Shown one piece after another: positions 18,188-29,527 of a stretch of 36,488 nt of DNA (positions are counted from its first letter, which is position 1; each line of letters starts with the position of its first letter). Source of the stretch: Verrucomicrobiia bacterium. GTDB lineage: Bacteria > Verrucomicrobiota > Verrucomicrobiia > JABWAM01. Location: NCBI GenBank assembly GCA_013360985.1, contig JABWAM010000002.1:1-36488 (forward strand), read 5' to 3'. The notes beneath the pieces were generated by a model. It saw nothing but the letters and a program-made list of their open reading frames with translations. It was not told the origin of the DNA and did not search any database. The position numbers and the translations under genes are program-made.

Positions 18188-19300
18188 ATGCCTCAAGACA
18201 TGAAACTGCGTTTCACCAAGGAGAAATTCCTCGACGGCTTGCAACAGGTGCTGAATGTCGTCAGCACGCGCAGCACGCTTCCCATCCTCTCGAACGTTCT
18301 GATTCGCGCGGAAAAAGGAGGCGTCAGCCTAACCACGACGGACCTGGATATCGGCGTGCGCTGCCGCCTCCAGGCGGAGGTGGTTGGCGAGGGGAGCACC
18401 ACGCTGCCGGCGCGTCGTTTGTTCGCGATCATCCGCGAGATGGCGGCGACCGACATCGAGATCGAAGTGGACGAGAAGAATGTCGCGACGATTCAGGGCG
18501 GACCGTCGCATTTTCGGGTGCTCGGCCTGCCCGAATCGGAGTTTCCTCCGTTTCCCAAGGTAGACGGCGCGCACGCGGTGACTTTGGAGCAAAAAGCGCT
18601 GCGCGATCTGCTGCGCCGCACCAGCTACGCGATGTCGACGGACGAAAGCCGGTTCGTTCTCAACGGGATTCTCATGAGCTTCAAGGACGACAAGCTGGTG
18701 GTCGTCGCGACGGACGGACGCCGTCTTGCGCTTGCGGAACAGGAGGTGGAACTCTCCAAGGATTGCAAACAGGACCTCATTGTTCCGAACAAGACGGTCG
18801 TCGAAGTCGCGCGTTTGCTGGAGGACAAGGGGAACGTCAAGATCGCGTTCTCCGATTCTCAGGTGCTGTTCGAAATTGGCGGCGCCGAACTCGCGAGCAA
18901 GTTGGTCGAAGGCATTTATCCGAACTATCGGCAGGTGATTCCGCCGGAAACGAAGGTGGTCATTCCACTGGAGCGTGAGGCGCTGCTTCAAGCGGTGCAT
19001 CGCGCGGCGCTCCTCACCAATGAGAAGAATCAGGCGGTGCGCCTCCAGTTCACGCGCAACAAGCTGACGATCACGGCAAGCGCGCCCGAGTTGGGCGAGT
19101 CGCGCGAGAGCCTCGCGGTCAACTACAGCGGACCCGAAATTGCGATCGGGTTCAATCCGGCCTTTCTCATGGATCCGCTGCGCAATATCGAGAACGACGA
19201 AGTCCGCCTCGAGTTGACCGACGAGTACAGCCCGGGTGTCCTGAAGATCAAGGAACCCTTTCTCTACGTGATCATGCCGCTGCGCGGCGGGACGGCGTAA
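18188..19300 (+). CDS. dnaN: DNA polymerase III beta sliding clamp
   Basis: 370 aa. MKLRFTKEKFLDGLQQVLNVVSTRSTLPILSNVLI, ...TTDLDIG..., FVLNGIL, VATDGRRLA, KLVEGIYPNYRQVIP and ...YVIMPLR give the canonical DnaN layout. Confidence 0.95.
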   Translation: MPQDMKLRFTKEKFLDGLQQVLNVVSTRSTLPILSNVLIRAEKGGVSLTTTDLDIGVRCRLQAEVVGEGSTTLPARRLFAIIREMAATDIEIEVDEKNVATIQGGPSHFRVLGLPESEFPPFPKVDGAHAVTLEQKALRDLLRRTSYAMSTDESRFVLNGILMSFKDDKLVVVATDGRRLALAEQEVELSKDCKQDLIVPNKTVVEVARLLEDKGNVKIAFSDSQVLFEIGGAELASKLVEGIYPNYRQVIPPETKVVIPLEREALLQAVHRAALLTNEKNQAVRLQFTRNKLTITASAPELGESRESLAVNYSGPEIAIGFNPAFLMDPLRNIENDEVRLELTDEYSPGVLKIKEPFLYVIMPLRGGTA

Positions 19301-19334
19301 CCGGCGCCGCGGCCGGCGCGCCTGGGTGGAAAAC

Positions 19335-19350
19335 CGCGGCGAAAGCCGCG
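19335..19350 (-). terminator. Small GC hairpin with a partial U-tract downstream of the fused glyA ORF
   Basis: On the minus strand the sequence reads CGCGGC-tttc-GCCGCG followed by GTTTTCC. It lies about 60 nt after the stop at 19411, in the convergent gap shared with dnaN. Confidence 0.3.
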
Positions 19351-19410
19351 ATCGCCGGCGGGAGACGGAGAGTTCCTTGTCCTCTTACGGAACGGCCAGG
19401 AGGGCGCGCG

Positions 19411-21600
19411 TCAGTAAGCGAGAGGAAAGCGCGCCGTGAGGCGGCGGACGTCGGCGCGGACTTTAGCGAGGCGCGCGTCGTCTTCGAGGCTTACCAGGGC
19501 GGTCGCGATCAAGCGCGCGATCTCCGTCATTTCGGCCTCCTGCATGCCGCGCGTGGTGACGGCCGCGGCGCCGAGGCGAATTCCACTGGTGATCGTCGGC
19601 TTTTCCGGATCGTAAGGGATGAGGTTCTTGTTGACGGTGATCCCCGCCTTGTCGAGGGCAATCTGGGCGTCGCGACCGTTCACTTTCAGGGGACGCAGAT
19701 CCACGAGGCAGAGGTGGTTGTCGGTGCCGCCGCTGACGAGGCGGCAGCCGTTTTTCTGGAGCGCGGCGGCGAGCGCCTTGGAATTGCGGACCACCTGGCG
19801 CGCGTAGTCGCGAAACTCGGGCGTCATGGCCTCCTTGAAGCAGACAGCCTTCGCGGCGACGACGTGCATGAGCGGGCCGCCCTGGATGCCGGGAAGCACG
19901 CAGGAGTCCACGGCCTTCGCATGCGCCTGGCGGCAGAGGACGAGCCCTCCGCGCGGTCCGCGCAGGGTCTTGTGCGTGGTCGTGGTGACAAAATCCGCAT
20001 GCGGCACGGGGCTGGGGTGTTCGCCCGCGGCGACCAGGCCGGCGATATGGGCCATGTCCACGAAGAGCAGCGCGCCGACCGAATCGGCGATGGCGCGCAT
20101 CCGCGCGAAGTCAATGACGCGCGGGTAGGCGCTGGCGCCGACGACGAGGAGGCGGGGGCGATGTTCGTCGGCGAGCTTCGCCATGGCGTCGTAGTCGATG
20201 CGCTCGTCCTCGCGGCGGACCCCGTAGCTCGTCACCTGGTAAAGCTTGCCGGAGAAGTTCAGGCTGAAGCCGTGGGTGAGATGGCCGCCGTGCTCGAGGG
20301 ACATGGCGAGGATGCGATCGCCCGGCTTCAGGACGCTGAAATAGACGGCCATGTTGGCCTGGCTGCCCGAGTGCGGCTGGACGTTGGCGTGCTCGGCGCC
20401 GAAGAGCGTTTTGGCCCGCGCGATGGCGAGGGATTCCGCCACATCCACATGCTCGCAACCGCCGTAGTAACGGCGGCCGGGGTATCCCTCGGCGTATTTG
20501 TTGGTGAGCACGCTTCCGACGGCTTGAAGGATCGCGGGGCTGGTGAAGTTTTCGCTCGCGATGAGCTCGATGTTTTCCTGCTGCCGGCGTTTCTCGTCCT
20601 CGACGACCTGATCAATTTCGGGATCGGTTTCGAAAAGAGCGCCCGCGCCGGCCATCTCGCGGAGGAGACGCTGGAAGGAGGCGTCCGCCGCGCCCTCGTC
20701 CATTTTGCGGATGCGGCGGGCGTGGCGGCCGCCCGAAAAATCCGTCGCGAGCCACGTCTTGAGAATCGCGACCGCCGCTTCGGGCGAGGTGCGCGCGGCG
20801 GCGAGGCAGAGGACGTTCGCGTTGTTGTGCGAGCGGCTGAGGCGCGCAAGCTCCTCATCGAAAACCAGCGCCGCGCGAATGCCCGGCACGCGGTTGGCGC
20901 TCATGCTCATCCCCAGCCCGCTTTTGCAGATGAGAATTCCGAACTCCGCGCGATGGCCGACGACTTCTTCGGCGACGGCGCGGGCGAAATCCGCGTAGTC
21001 GCACGCGGCGGCCGTATGCGCGCCGAGGTCGGCGACGGGATAGCCCTCTTTTGCAAGCCACTCGCGGAGGCGGGTCTTGAGTTCGACGCCGCCATGATCG
21101 GCGCCGAGCGCCACGCGCGCCTTGCGGGCGGAGGCCGGGACGGAGGGGCGATCGAGAAATTCGAGCACCGAAGGGAGCGCCGCGCGAATCGCGTCGCGGC
21201 AGGCGAGATAGGCATCGTACGGCATCCCGATCGGATCGGGCACCTCACGCGCCGCTTCGGACAGCCCCTTCTGAAAAGCCCGGAGGAGATGGATGCGCGG
21301 CGTCGCCGAGGGGTAGAGCGCGGTGAGCGAGTCGAGGTGGCCGCGGGTCATCGCGAAGATCGCGTCCGCCTGATGCACGAGCTCGGCGGTGACCGGTTGC
21401 GAGCGCTGATGCGAGATCTCCACGCCGATTTCGGCAAGGGCGCGAATCGCGTGTTCCGTGGGGCGTTGCCCGGCGCCGGCGCCGAGGCCCGCGGAAAGAA
21501 TTTGAACATCGCGCCGCGCCCCCAAGAGGTGACGGAACAAGCCTTCGGCCATGGGGCTGCGACAGAGGTTGCCGGTGCAAACGAAGAGAACGGTTTTCAA
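19411..21600 (-). CDS. glyA: Tri-domain fusion: low-molecular-weight protein phosphatase + ribose-5-phosphate isomerase B + serine hydroxymethyltransferase
   Basis: One uninterrupted 729-codon ORF with a TTG start at 21600. Residues 1-150 carry [17 protein letters not shown] and VPDP (LMW-PTP C-X5-R-S loop and Asp loop). Residues ~162-300 carry [31 protein letters not shown] and GGRHARRI (RpiB/LacAB). Residues ~316-729 carry [29 protein letters not shown] and [14 protein letters not shown] (SHMT with its PLP lysine). Confidence 0.85.
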   Translation of the reverse strand: MKTVLFVCTGNLCRSPMAEGLFRHLLGARRDVQILSAGLGAGAGQRPTEHAIRALAEIGVEISHQRSQPVTAELVHQADAIFAMTRGHLDSLTALYPSATPRIHLLRAFQKGLSEAAREVPDPIGMPYDAYLACRDAIRAALPSVLEFLDRPSVPASARKARVALGADHGGVELKTRLREWLAKEGYPVADLGAHTAAACDYADFARAVAEEVVGHRAEFGILICKSGLGMSMSANRVPGIRAALVFDEELARLSRSHNNANVLCLAAARTSPEAAVAILKTWLATDFSGGRHARRIRKMDEGAADASFQRLLREMAGAGALFETDPEIDQVVEDEKRRQQENIELIASENFTSPAILQAVGSVLTNKYAEGYPGRRYYGGCEHVDVAESLAIARAKTLFGAEHANVQPHSGSQANMAVYFSVLKPGDRILAMSLEHGGHLTHGFSLNFSGKLYQVTSYGVRREDERIDYDAMAKLADEHRPRLLVVGASAYPRVIDFARMRAIADSVGALLFVDMAHIAGLVAAGEHPSPVPHADFVTTTTHKTLRGPRGGLVLCRQAHAKAVDSCVLPGIQGGPLMHVVAAKAVCFKEAMTPEFRDYARQVVRNSKALAAALQKNGCRLVSGGTDNHLCLVDLRPLKVNGRDAQIALDKAGITVNKNLIPYDPEKPTITSGIRLGAAAVTTRGMQEAEMTEIARLIATALVSLEDDARLAKVRADVRRLTARFPLAY

Positions 21601-21756
21601 GGGAGGATGCGGTTTCTAAACCAAGCCGGGGTCTTGCGCAACAGGAATGCCCAGGGTTCTTCGGGATCATCCTTACGGAAACGGACGCTCTCCAAATCCT
21701 GAATGGGCCGTTTTGGGGATCTCAACCTTGTCCGCCCTTCCTTGCGGGCGGTGTCG

Positions 21757-21901
21757 GCCCAAATCCACGGATCCGCTCTCTTTTAGAGGGCTCATCTCCT
21801 CCTCATCCATCGAGGATCGGAAGGGCGGGGAGCGTGTCGAGATTCCGGACTCCTCACCGAAGGGTACAACGGCTCGGCCGGCGGCCTCGCCCTCCCTTTC
21901 C
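21757..21901 (-). repeat. Copy A1 of a ~145-nt non-coding repeat, oriented toward the fused glyA ORF
   Basis: The reverse complement aligns end to end with 24388-24532. My hand alignment gives about 122 matches in 146 columns, including a 25-nt identical core AGGGCGAGGCCGCCGGCCGAGCCGT and the identical block CCGATCCTCGATGGATGAGGA. The 3' end is CGTGGATTTGGG. Confidence 0.75.
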
Positions 21902-21983
21902 CGTTCGAGATCTTTCCCCATGCGTCCGGGGATTTTCCCGCGAGACCGAGGGTCACGCCGCCGATCTCCATTTCTCGCGAAGC

Positions 21984-22168
21984 AAGGTAGGGCGAGGCCG
22001 CCGGCCGAGCCGCCTCGTCCTGAAAGGGGTCGTGGGGACCTGTTCTTTCCCGACCTCATCGCGAAGCGAGGGAGGGCGCCGACGGCGGCTTGAGTCCAAA
22101 ATGTTGCGAGGGCGTCGCCTGTTCCTCGACCGAGGACGGCCCCCCACGTCTTGCGCGGGGATTTGGGG
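21984..22168 (+). repeat. Copy A2 (diverged) of the same repeat, oriented toward the porin gene
   Basis: The first 29 nt, AAGGTAGGGCGAGGCCGCCGGCCGAGCCG (21984-22012), are identical to 24391-24419. The interior has diverged but keeps a TCCTCG..CGAGGA hairpin near the position of ATCCTC..GAGGAT in the other copies. The element ends with GGGGATTTGGGG (22157-22168). Confidence 0.45.
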
Positions 22169-22183
22169 CGGGAATTCCCCCCC

Positions 22184-22232
22184 AAAAAAAATTTTGAACG
22201 CTTTTGAAAAAAAGTTGTCTTTGGTGTTGACA
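22184..22232 (+). promoter_or_regulatory. AT-rich tract followed by a perfect TTGACA hexamer (candidate UP element and -35 of the porin promoter)
   Basis: An A8T4 run (22184-22195) and an A7 run (22207-22213) are preceded by C7 (22177-22183) and followed by TTGACA at 22227-22232, about 125 nt upstream of the porin ATG. I could not find a convincing -10 hexamer at 16-18 nt spacing. Confidence 0.3.
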
Positions 22233-22354
22233 CGGCGGCGCGGATGCCTCAAGGTGCGCTCATCCAAAAGCCAAGAAAGGCGCGCCCCGACGCGGGGAAC
22301 GCCCGCCTCCCTGCCAAGGAAGGGGGGTCTTGGTTGCAGACAACTCGACACATC

Positions 22355-23788
22355 ATGAACCTCAAAAATGCAGTGCTCGCGCTCACGGTTCTGGCGTTCG
22401 TCGGCTTCGTCAGCGTCACTTCCGCGGATGATACGCGGGTGGCCGGACGGAAGTCGCTCGAAAGCCGGATCGCCGAGCTCGAAGCGAAACTCCAGGACGC
22501 GGGTGTGGGTGGCGGCGTCAAGGGCTCCGGGATCAAGATCTCGGGCTACGTGGACACCAGCTATACCCTCAACCTCGCGGACCGCACCGAAGGCGGACCG
22601 TTTGCCGGTTCGTCGTCTCAAAACACGGGTCGCGTCTTCGACAATCAGTACGACGCATTCAACCTGAACGCCGTCAAGCTGACGATCCAAAAGGACAAGG
22701 ACAGCTCGAAGTTCCCCGCGGGCTTTCGCACTGACGTCATCCTCGGGGAAGACGCCAACATCCTGAACACCGCCTCCGGTGTGGCTCCGGCCAACGCCGG
22801 CGATGCTGCTCTGAACCTCGAGCAGGCCTACGTCAACCTCGGTGTGCCGATCGGCAACGGGATTGATGTCAAGGTCGGAAAGATGGTCAGCCTCATCGGC
22901 TACGAGGCCATCGAGAGCCCCGCCAACTGGCAGTTCTCCCGTTCGGACGGATTCCGCCTCGCGCCCAACGAACAGACGGGCGTGACGTTCGGCTACAAGT
23001 GGAATGACATCGTCACCTCCACGGTCGGCGTGATCAACGGCTGGCAGGGGCAGTTTGTCGGCGGCTCGGGAGGCAACGGCAACACCGACCTCTCGTTCGT
23101 CGGTCGCTTGGACTTCACGGGACCGAAGACCGAGGTCGGCGACTTCACCGCGTTTGCCGCGGCGATGTACGGCAACGACAACACCCCCTATATCGGGGCG
23201 GTTGGTCTTGCGAACACCATGAACAGCCTGACGACCTACATCTGGGAATTGGGCGGCACGTGGGCGAAGCCGTTCGGCGCCAAGGATCTCACCCTCGGGG
23301 TGGATTATCTGTGGCGGCACACCGAAGCGCAGGCCAGCGCGGCCGCAGTGGGTGGCGCGGGCTCCGCGTATCAAGCGGTTCCCCTGTGGGCCGGCGCGCT
23401 CAGCGTGTACGGCAAGTACGACTGGTCGGGCCTCGGCGCGAAGTGGACCTCCACGAGCGCGCGGTTCAGCTGGTCCCAGTACGACAACAACGGGGTGCAG
23501 ACGCCTCCGGCGACGGTTGGCCAGACCCTCACCCTGTCGCCCTTGGTGCTCTACAGCGGCCCTGCCGGGGCGAATTACGAGCGCCAGACGGACCTGTACA
23601 GCTTCACCCTCACTCAGGCCTTCAACGTGTGGAAAGACACGCTGGTGCGCCTCGAGTGGCGGCATGACTGGACGACAGCCAACCGCGCCGGATTCGGCGG
23701 AGTTGGCGCGACCGCGGCGCCGGGTGGCCGCGACGACATCCGTCAGGACCAGGACACGATCGCCGTCAACGTCGTGTACTCGTTCTAA
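22355..23788 (+). CDS. Outer-membrane beta-barrel porin (OmpL/bbp2-like) with an N-terminal coiled coil
   Basis: The ATG at 22355 gives MNLKNAVLALTVLAFVGFVSVTSA (signal peptide). This is followed by ESRIAELEAKLQD, then IKISGYVDTSYTLNL and alternating beta-strand patterns. The C-terminal sequence is VNVVYSF, with a terminal aromatic residue. A strong terminator follows the gene. Confidence 0.75.
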   Translation: MNLKNAVLALTVLAFVGFVSVTSADDTRVAGRKSLESRIAELEAKLQDAGVGGGVKGSGIKISGYVDTSYTLNLADRTEGGPFAGSSSQNTGRVFDNQYDAFNLNAVKLTIQKDKDSSKFPAGFRTDVILGEDANILNTASGVAPANAGDAALNLEQAYVNLGVPIGNGIDVKVGKMVSLIGYEAIESPANWQFSRSDGFRLAPNEQTGVTFGYKWNDIVTSTVGVINGWQGQFVGGSGGNGNTDLSFVGRLDFTGPKTEVGDFTAFAAAMYGNDNTPYIGAVGLANTMNSLTTYIWELGGTWAKPFGAKDLTLGVDYLWRHTEAQASAAAVGGAGSAYQAVPLWAGALSVYGKYDWSGLGAKWTSTSARFSWSQYDNNGVQTPPATVGQTLTLSPLVLYSGPAGANYERQTDLYSFTLTQAFNVWKDTLVRLEWRHDWTTANRAGFGGVGATAAPGGRDDIRQDQDTIAVNVVYSF

Positions 23789-23816
23789 GCGAACGTCAAC
23801 AACACTCAACCAGAGA

Positions 23817-23854
23817 CCCTGCCCCGGGAAACCGGGGCAGGGTTTTCTGTTTTT
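23817..23854 (+). terminator. Rho-independent terminator of the porin gene
   Basis: CCCTGCCCCGG-gaaa-CCGGGGCAGGG forms an 11-bp perfect stem with a GAAA loop. It is followed by TTTTCTGTTTTT. Confidence 0.85.
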
Positions 23855-23876
23855 GGGTGTTGCGAGCTTTTGCCGC

Positions 23877-24230
23877 ATGCCTTCTCGCCGCGGAAAAATC
23901 AGGGCGTCCTTCTCCGCCGAGGATCCTCCGAAAAAGAGGGACGCGGAAGCGCGCCCCCCGGAACCCGCGTCTCGCGTCCGAAGAGCGCGACGGAGGTCGC
24001 GGCGCGCCTACCGCATCCACCCCTACGATCACCCGAAACGTTGGCTTTGCGTAAAGGCGGACGGGATGGCCTATCTCGTGGAACTCGATTACTTCGCACC
24101 GGGACGCCACGCCTGCGGTTGCCGGTGGTTCGAATTCCACGACTGGAACGGGTCGCCCATCACGCCGTGCGTCCATATTCAGCGCGTCCTCGATCAGGTG
24201 GCCCATCGAGCGTCCGGCGAACATTCGTAA
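23877..24230 (+). CDS. Small SWIM-type zinc-finger protein (117 aa)
   Basis: ATG start at 23877. HACGCRWFEFHDWNGSPITPCVHIQRV fits the SWIM motif C-x-C-x15-C-x-H, preceded by a basic N-terminal tail. Competing ORFs in other frames and on the other strand (23870..24397 +, 23796..24380 -) have no motifs and are Arg-rich. Confidence 0.45.
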   Translation: MPSRRGKIRASFSAEDPPKKRDAEARPPEPASRVRRARRRSRRAYRIHPYDHPKRWLCVKADGMAYLVELDYFAPGRHACGCRWFEFHDWNGSPITPCVHIQRVLDQVAHRASGEHS

Positions 24231-24387
24231 AGAGGCAGCGGTGGACCCAAACCCCGCGTAAGAAACGAGAGAGTCCGTCCTTGGCCGAGAATCGCGCGGC
24301 GCCTTCACCACGTGTGGTGTTTCAGCCGCTGCGGCGGCGCCCTGCCTCGCTTCGCGACCGAGCGGATTTTCCTCAAGCATGGACGAT

Positions 24388-24532
24388 GGAAAGGTAGGGC
24401 GAGGCCGCCGGCCGAGCCGTCACACCCTTCCTGTGGGGAGTCTGGAATCTCGACACGCCCCATCCCTCCGATCCTCGATGGATGAGGATGAAGGGGGCTC
24501 TCTGAAAATGGAGCTTATTCGTGGATTTGGGG
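24388..24532 (+). repeat. Copy B of the ~145-nt non-coding repeat, oriented toward gyrA
   Basis: See copy A1. Copy B ends 148 nt upstream of the gyrA ATG. It contains the hairpin ATCCTC-gatggat-GAGGAT (about 24470-24488). Confidence 0.75.
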
Positions 24533-24679
24533 TGGAGAGACGCCCGCGCCCCCATCCCAGCTTGGTTCACGACTTCAGCTTCCCCAAAGGGGGGTCACGA
24601 TGTACCTGCCGGTTCCCAAGAGAATCCGCCCATTGGATTGACCCTCGCGGCGTTTTCGTTTCAGATAGGGCTTTTCCTC

Positions 24680-27376
<2,697 letters not shown>

Positions 27377-27425
27377 GAGGTTCTCCGTCCCGCGCCTCGT
27401 CTTCCGGGCGCGCCACGGGGCCGTC

Positions 27426-28079
27426 ATGAAAACGGGGAAGCCCCTTTCCGTTCGCAACCTCATCCTCGACTGGTCGGGAACCGTGGCCGACGATCTCGCC
27501 GGCGTTTTGCGGGCGACCAATCATGTCCTGGTTCGTTATGGGGCGAAACCGCTGACGCTCGACGAGTTTCGGGAGCATTTCTCCCTTCCCTGGATCCACT
27601 TCTACCGGCGTCGCCTGCCGCGCGTCTCGGAAAAAGACCTCGACACGGCGTTTTGGGAAATTATGCGCGACGAGGAAGATCGCGTGGAATTGCTTCCGCA
27701 CGCGCGCGCGTTCCTCGAGTTCGCGCGCGCGCGCGCGATGCGCGTCTACATCTGCACGAGCGTGGCGCCGCGCAGCTTCGAAAGCCAGGCGCGCCGGTTG
27801 AACGTCGGGGCGTTGATCGCCCGGTCCTATGCCGGGTTGGTGGACAAACGCGACGCGATCGCTCGGATCCTTCGGGAGAACGGCCTCCGCCCGGAAGAAA
27901 CCCTTTTCGTTGGCGACATGGTCCACGATTTGGAAACCGCGCGCCACGGCGGCGTCCGCTCCTGCGCCGTCCTCACCGGTTACGACCGCCGCGAAAAGCT
28001 CGCGAAGGCGAAGCCGGACCTCCTCGTGAACGATCTCGCGGAGCTCCGCGCGCGGCTCGAGAGCGAGGATTCGCGCTGA
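27426..28079 (+). CDS. HAD-superfamily hydrolase (PGP-like subfamily IA)
   Basis: Motif I is LILDWSGTVAD, motif II is YICTS, and motif IV is FVGDMVHDLETARHGG. The protein is 217 aa with a helical cap between motifs I and II. Confidence 0.8.
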   Translation: MKTGKPLSVRNLILDWSGTVADDLAGVLRATNHVLVRYGAKPLTLDEFREHFSLPWIHFYRRRLPRVSEKDLDTAFWEIMRDEEDRVELLPHARAFLEFARARAMRVYICTSVAPRSFESQARRLNVGALIARSYAGLVDKRDAIARILRENGLRPEETLFVGDMVHDLETARHGGVRSCAVLTGYDRREKLAKAKPDLLVNDLAELRARLESEDSR

Positions 28080-28122
28080 ACCACGGTCTTTGGGTCCGGG
28101 AGTTTGGTTCGAGGCGTGGGCC

Positions 28123-29388
28123 TTACGCCTCCCGGATCCGTTCGATCCGGGCGCCGAGGGCGCGGAGCTTTTCGTCGATGCGTTCGTAGCCTCGATCAAT
28201 GTGATAGACGCGGCGGATGTCGGTTTGGCCGCGCGCGACGAGGCCGGCGAGCACGAGGGCCGCCGAGGCGCGCAAATCGGAGGCCATGACCGGCGCGCCG
28301 CTGAGGCCCTCCACGCCCTTGACGATGGCGGTGGCGCCCTCCATCTCGATTTGCGCGCCCATGCGTTGGAGTTCGGCGGCGTGCATGAAGCGGTCGGAGA
28401 AAACGCGCTCGGTGATTACGCTCGTGCCGGGCGTCACGCACATCAGCGCCATCATCTGCGCCTGGGCGTCCGTGGGAAAGGCGGGGAAAGGGCCCGTGGC
28501 GAAGTCGCGGGCCGCCGTCGCGCCCTCGCGGCGGAGGGTTACGCGATCGGAATCTTCGGTGACCCAGAAGCCGGCGTCGCGGAGCAGGGCGGTCACCGGC
28601 AGGAGGTGCGCGGGAACGATCGGCTGAACGGCGATCTCGCCGCCGGTCAGCGCGCCGGCGATGAGAAAGGTCGCCGCCTCGATCCGGTCGGGGATCACCT
28701 CGAACTCCGCGCCATGAAGGCGTTCCACGCCCTCCACCGTGATCAGGGGGGTCCCCGCGCCCGTGATGCGCGCGCCTAGGGCGTTTAGGAAACGGGCCAA
28801 ATCCTCCACCTCCGGTTCGCACGCGGCATGCTCGATGGTCGTGCGGCCCGGCGCGAGCGTGGCCGCCATGAGCACGTTGCCGGTGCCGAGCACGGTCGAG
28901 CCGTGGCGTCCGGCCAGGGAGATCACGGCGCCTTCCAGGGCGGCGTCATGCGTCACGACATACCCCTCTTCGACGGCGAGCCGAGCGCCCAAGGCGTTCA
29001 ATCCCTTGAGATGGAGATCGATCGGGCGCGGACCGATCACGCAGCCGCCGGGCATCGAAACCCGGCAACGACGCAGACGGGCGACGAGCGGACCGAGGAG
29101 ACAAACGGAGGCGCGCATTTTCCGCACGAGATCGTAGGGCGCCGTCTCCGTGAGGCGTCGGGCGCAGACGCGGACCGAGTGGGTGTCCGGCCGTTCGACT
29201 TCCGCGCCGAGATGCCGCAAGAGGTCGAGCATGAAGCGCACGTCGCTCAGGTCCGGCACGCGGCGGATGACGCAGGGCTCCTCGGTGAGCAGGGCGGCGG
29301 CGAGGACCGGGAGGACCGAATTTTTTGATCCGCTAATTTTCACTTCGCCGCGCAGGGGCGTTCCCCCTTCGATCACGATGCGATCCAT
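28123..29388 (-). CDS. murA: UDP-N-acetylglucosamine 1-carboxyvinyltransferase
   Basis: 421 aa. MDRIVIEGGTPLRGEVKISGSKNSVLPVLAAALL, ...PGGCVIGPRPIDLHLKGL (catalytic Cys loop), ...FPAFPTDAQAQ and ...VYHIDRGYE are all present. Confidence 0.95.
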   Translation of the reverse strand: MDRIVIEGGTPLRGEVKISGSKNSVLPVLAAALLTEEPCVIRRVPDLSDVRFMLDLLRHLGAEVERPDTHSVRVCARRLTETAPYDLVRKMRASVCLLGPLVARLRRCRVSMPGGCVIGPRPIDLHLKGLNALGARLAVEEGYVVTHDAALEGAVISLAGRHGSTVLGTGNVLMAATLAPGRTTIEHAACEPEVEDLARFLNALGARITGAGTPLITVEGVERLHGAEFEVIPDRIEAATFLIAGALTGGEIAVQPIVPAHLLPVTALLRDAGFWVTEDSDRVTLRREGATAARDFATGPFPAFPTDAQAQMMALMCVTPGTSVITERVFSDRFMHAAELQRMGAQIEMEGATAIVKGVEGLSGAPVMASDLRASAALVLAGLVARGQTDIRRVYHIDRGYERIDEKLRALGARIERIREA

Positions 29389-29527
29389 CCTCCCACGTTA
29401 GCTCAGACCGGGGATTTCACACTCTCAAAGTGAAGGCGGAACAAGAACGCGGCTCAGCCTCCGTCGCGCGCCCCGCGGATGGCGGTTTCATCTTTAGGAC
29501 GGGAAACCTCCGGGCTAGAATCTCGCC

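Noticed and set aside
22026-22039. GGGGTCGTGGGGAC, which resembles the 5' half of the ZTP (pfl) riboswitch (GGGUCGUGAC). This would be attractive because glyA is a typical ZTP-regulated gene.
   Set aside because: It is on the plus strand, pointing away from the minus-strand glyA fusion. I could not find the obligatory CCGCCTGGGC pseudoknot partner downstream.
24126-24137. GGTTCGAATTCC, which resembles a tRNA T-arm/T-loop.
   Set aside because: The flanking bases do not form a 5-bp T stem. No acceptor-stem complement or anticodon arm can be drawn in the surrounding 90 nt. It lies inside the SWIM ORF.
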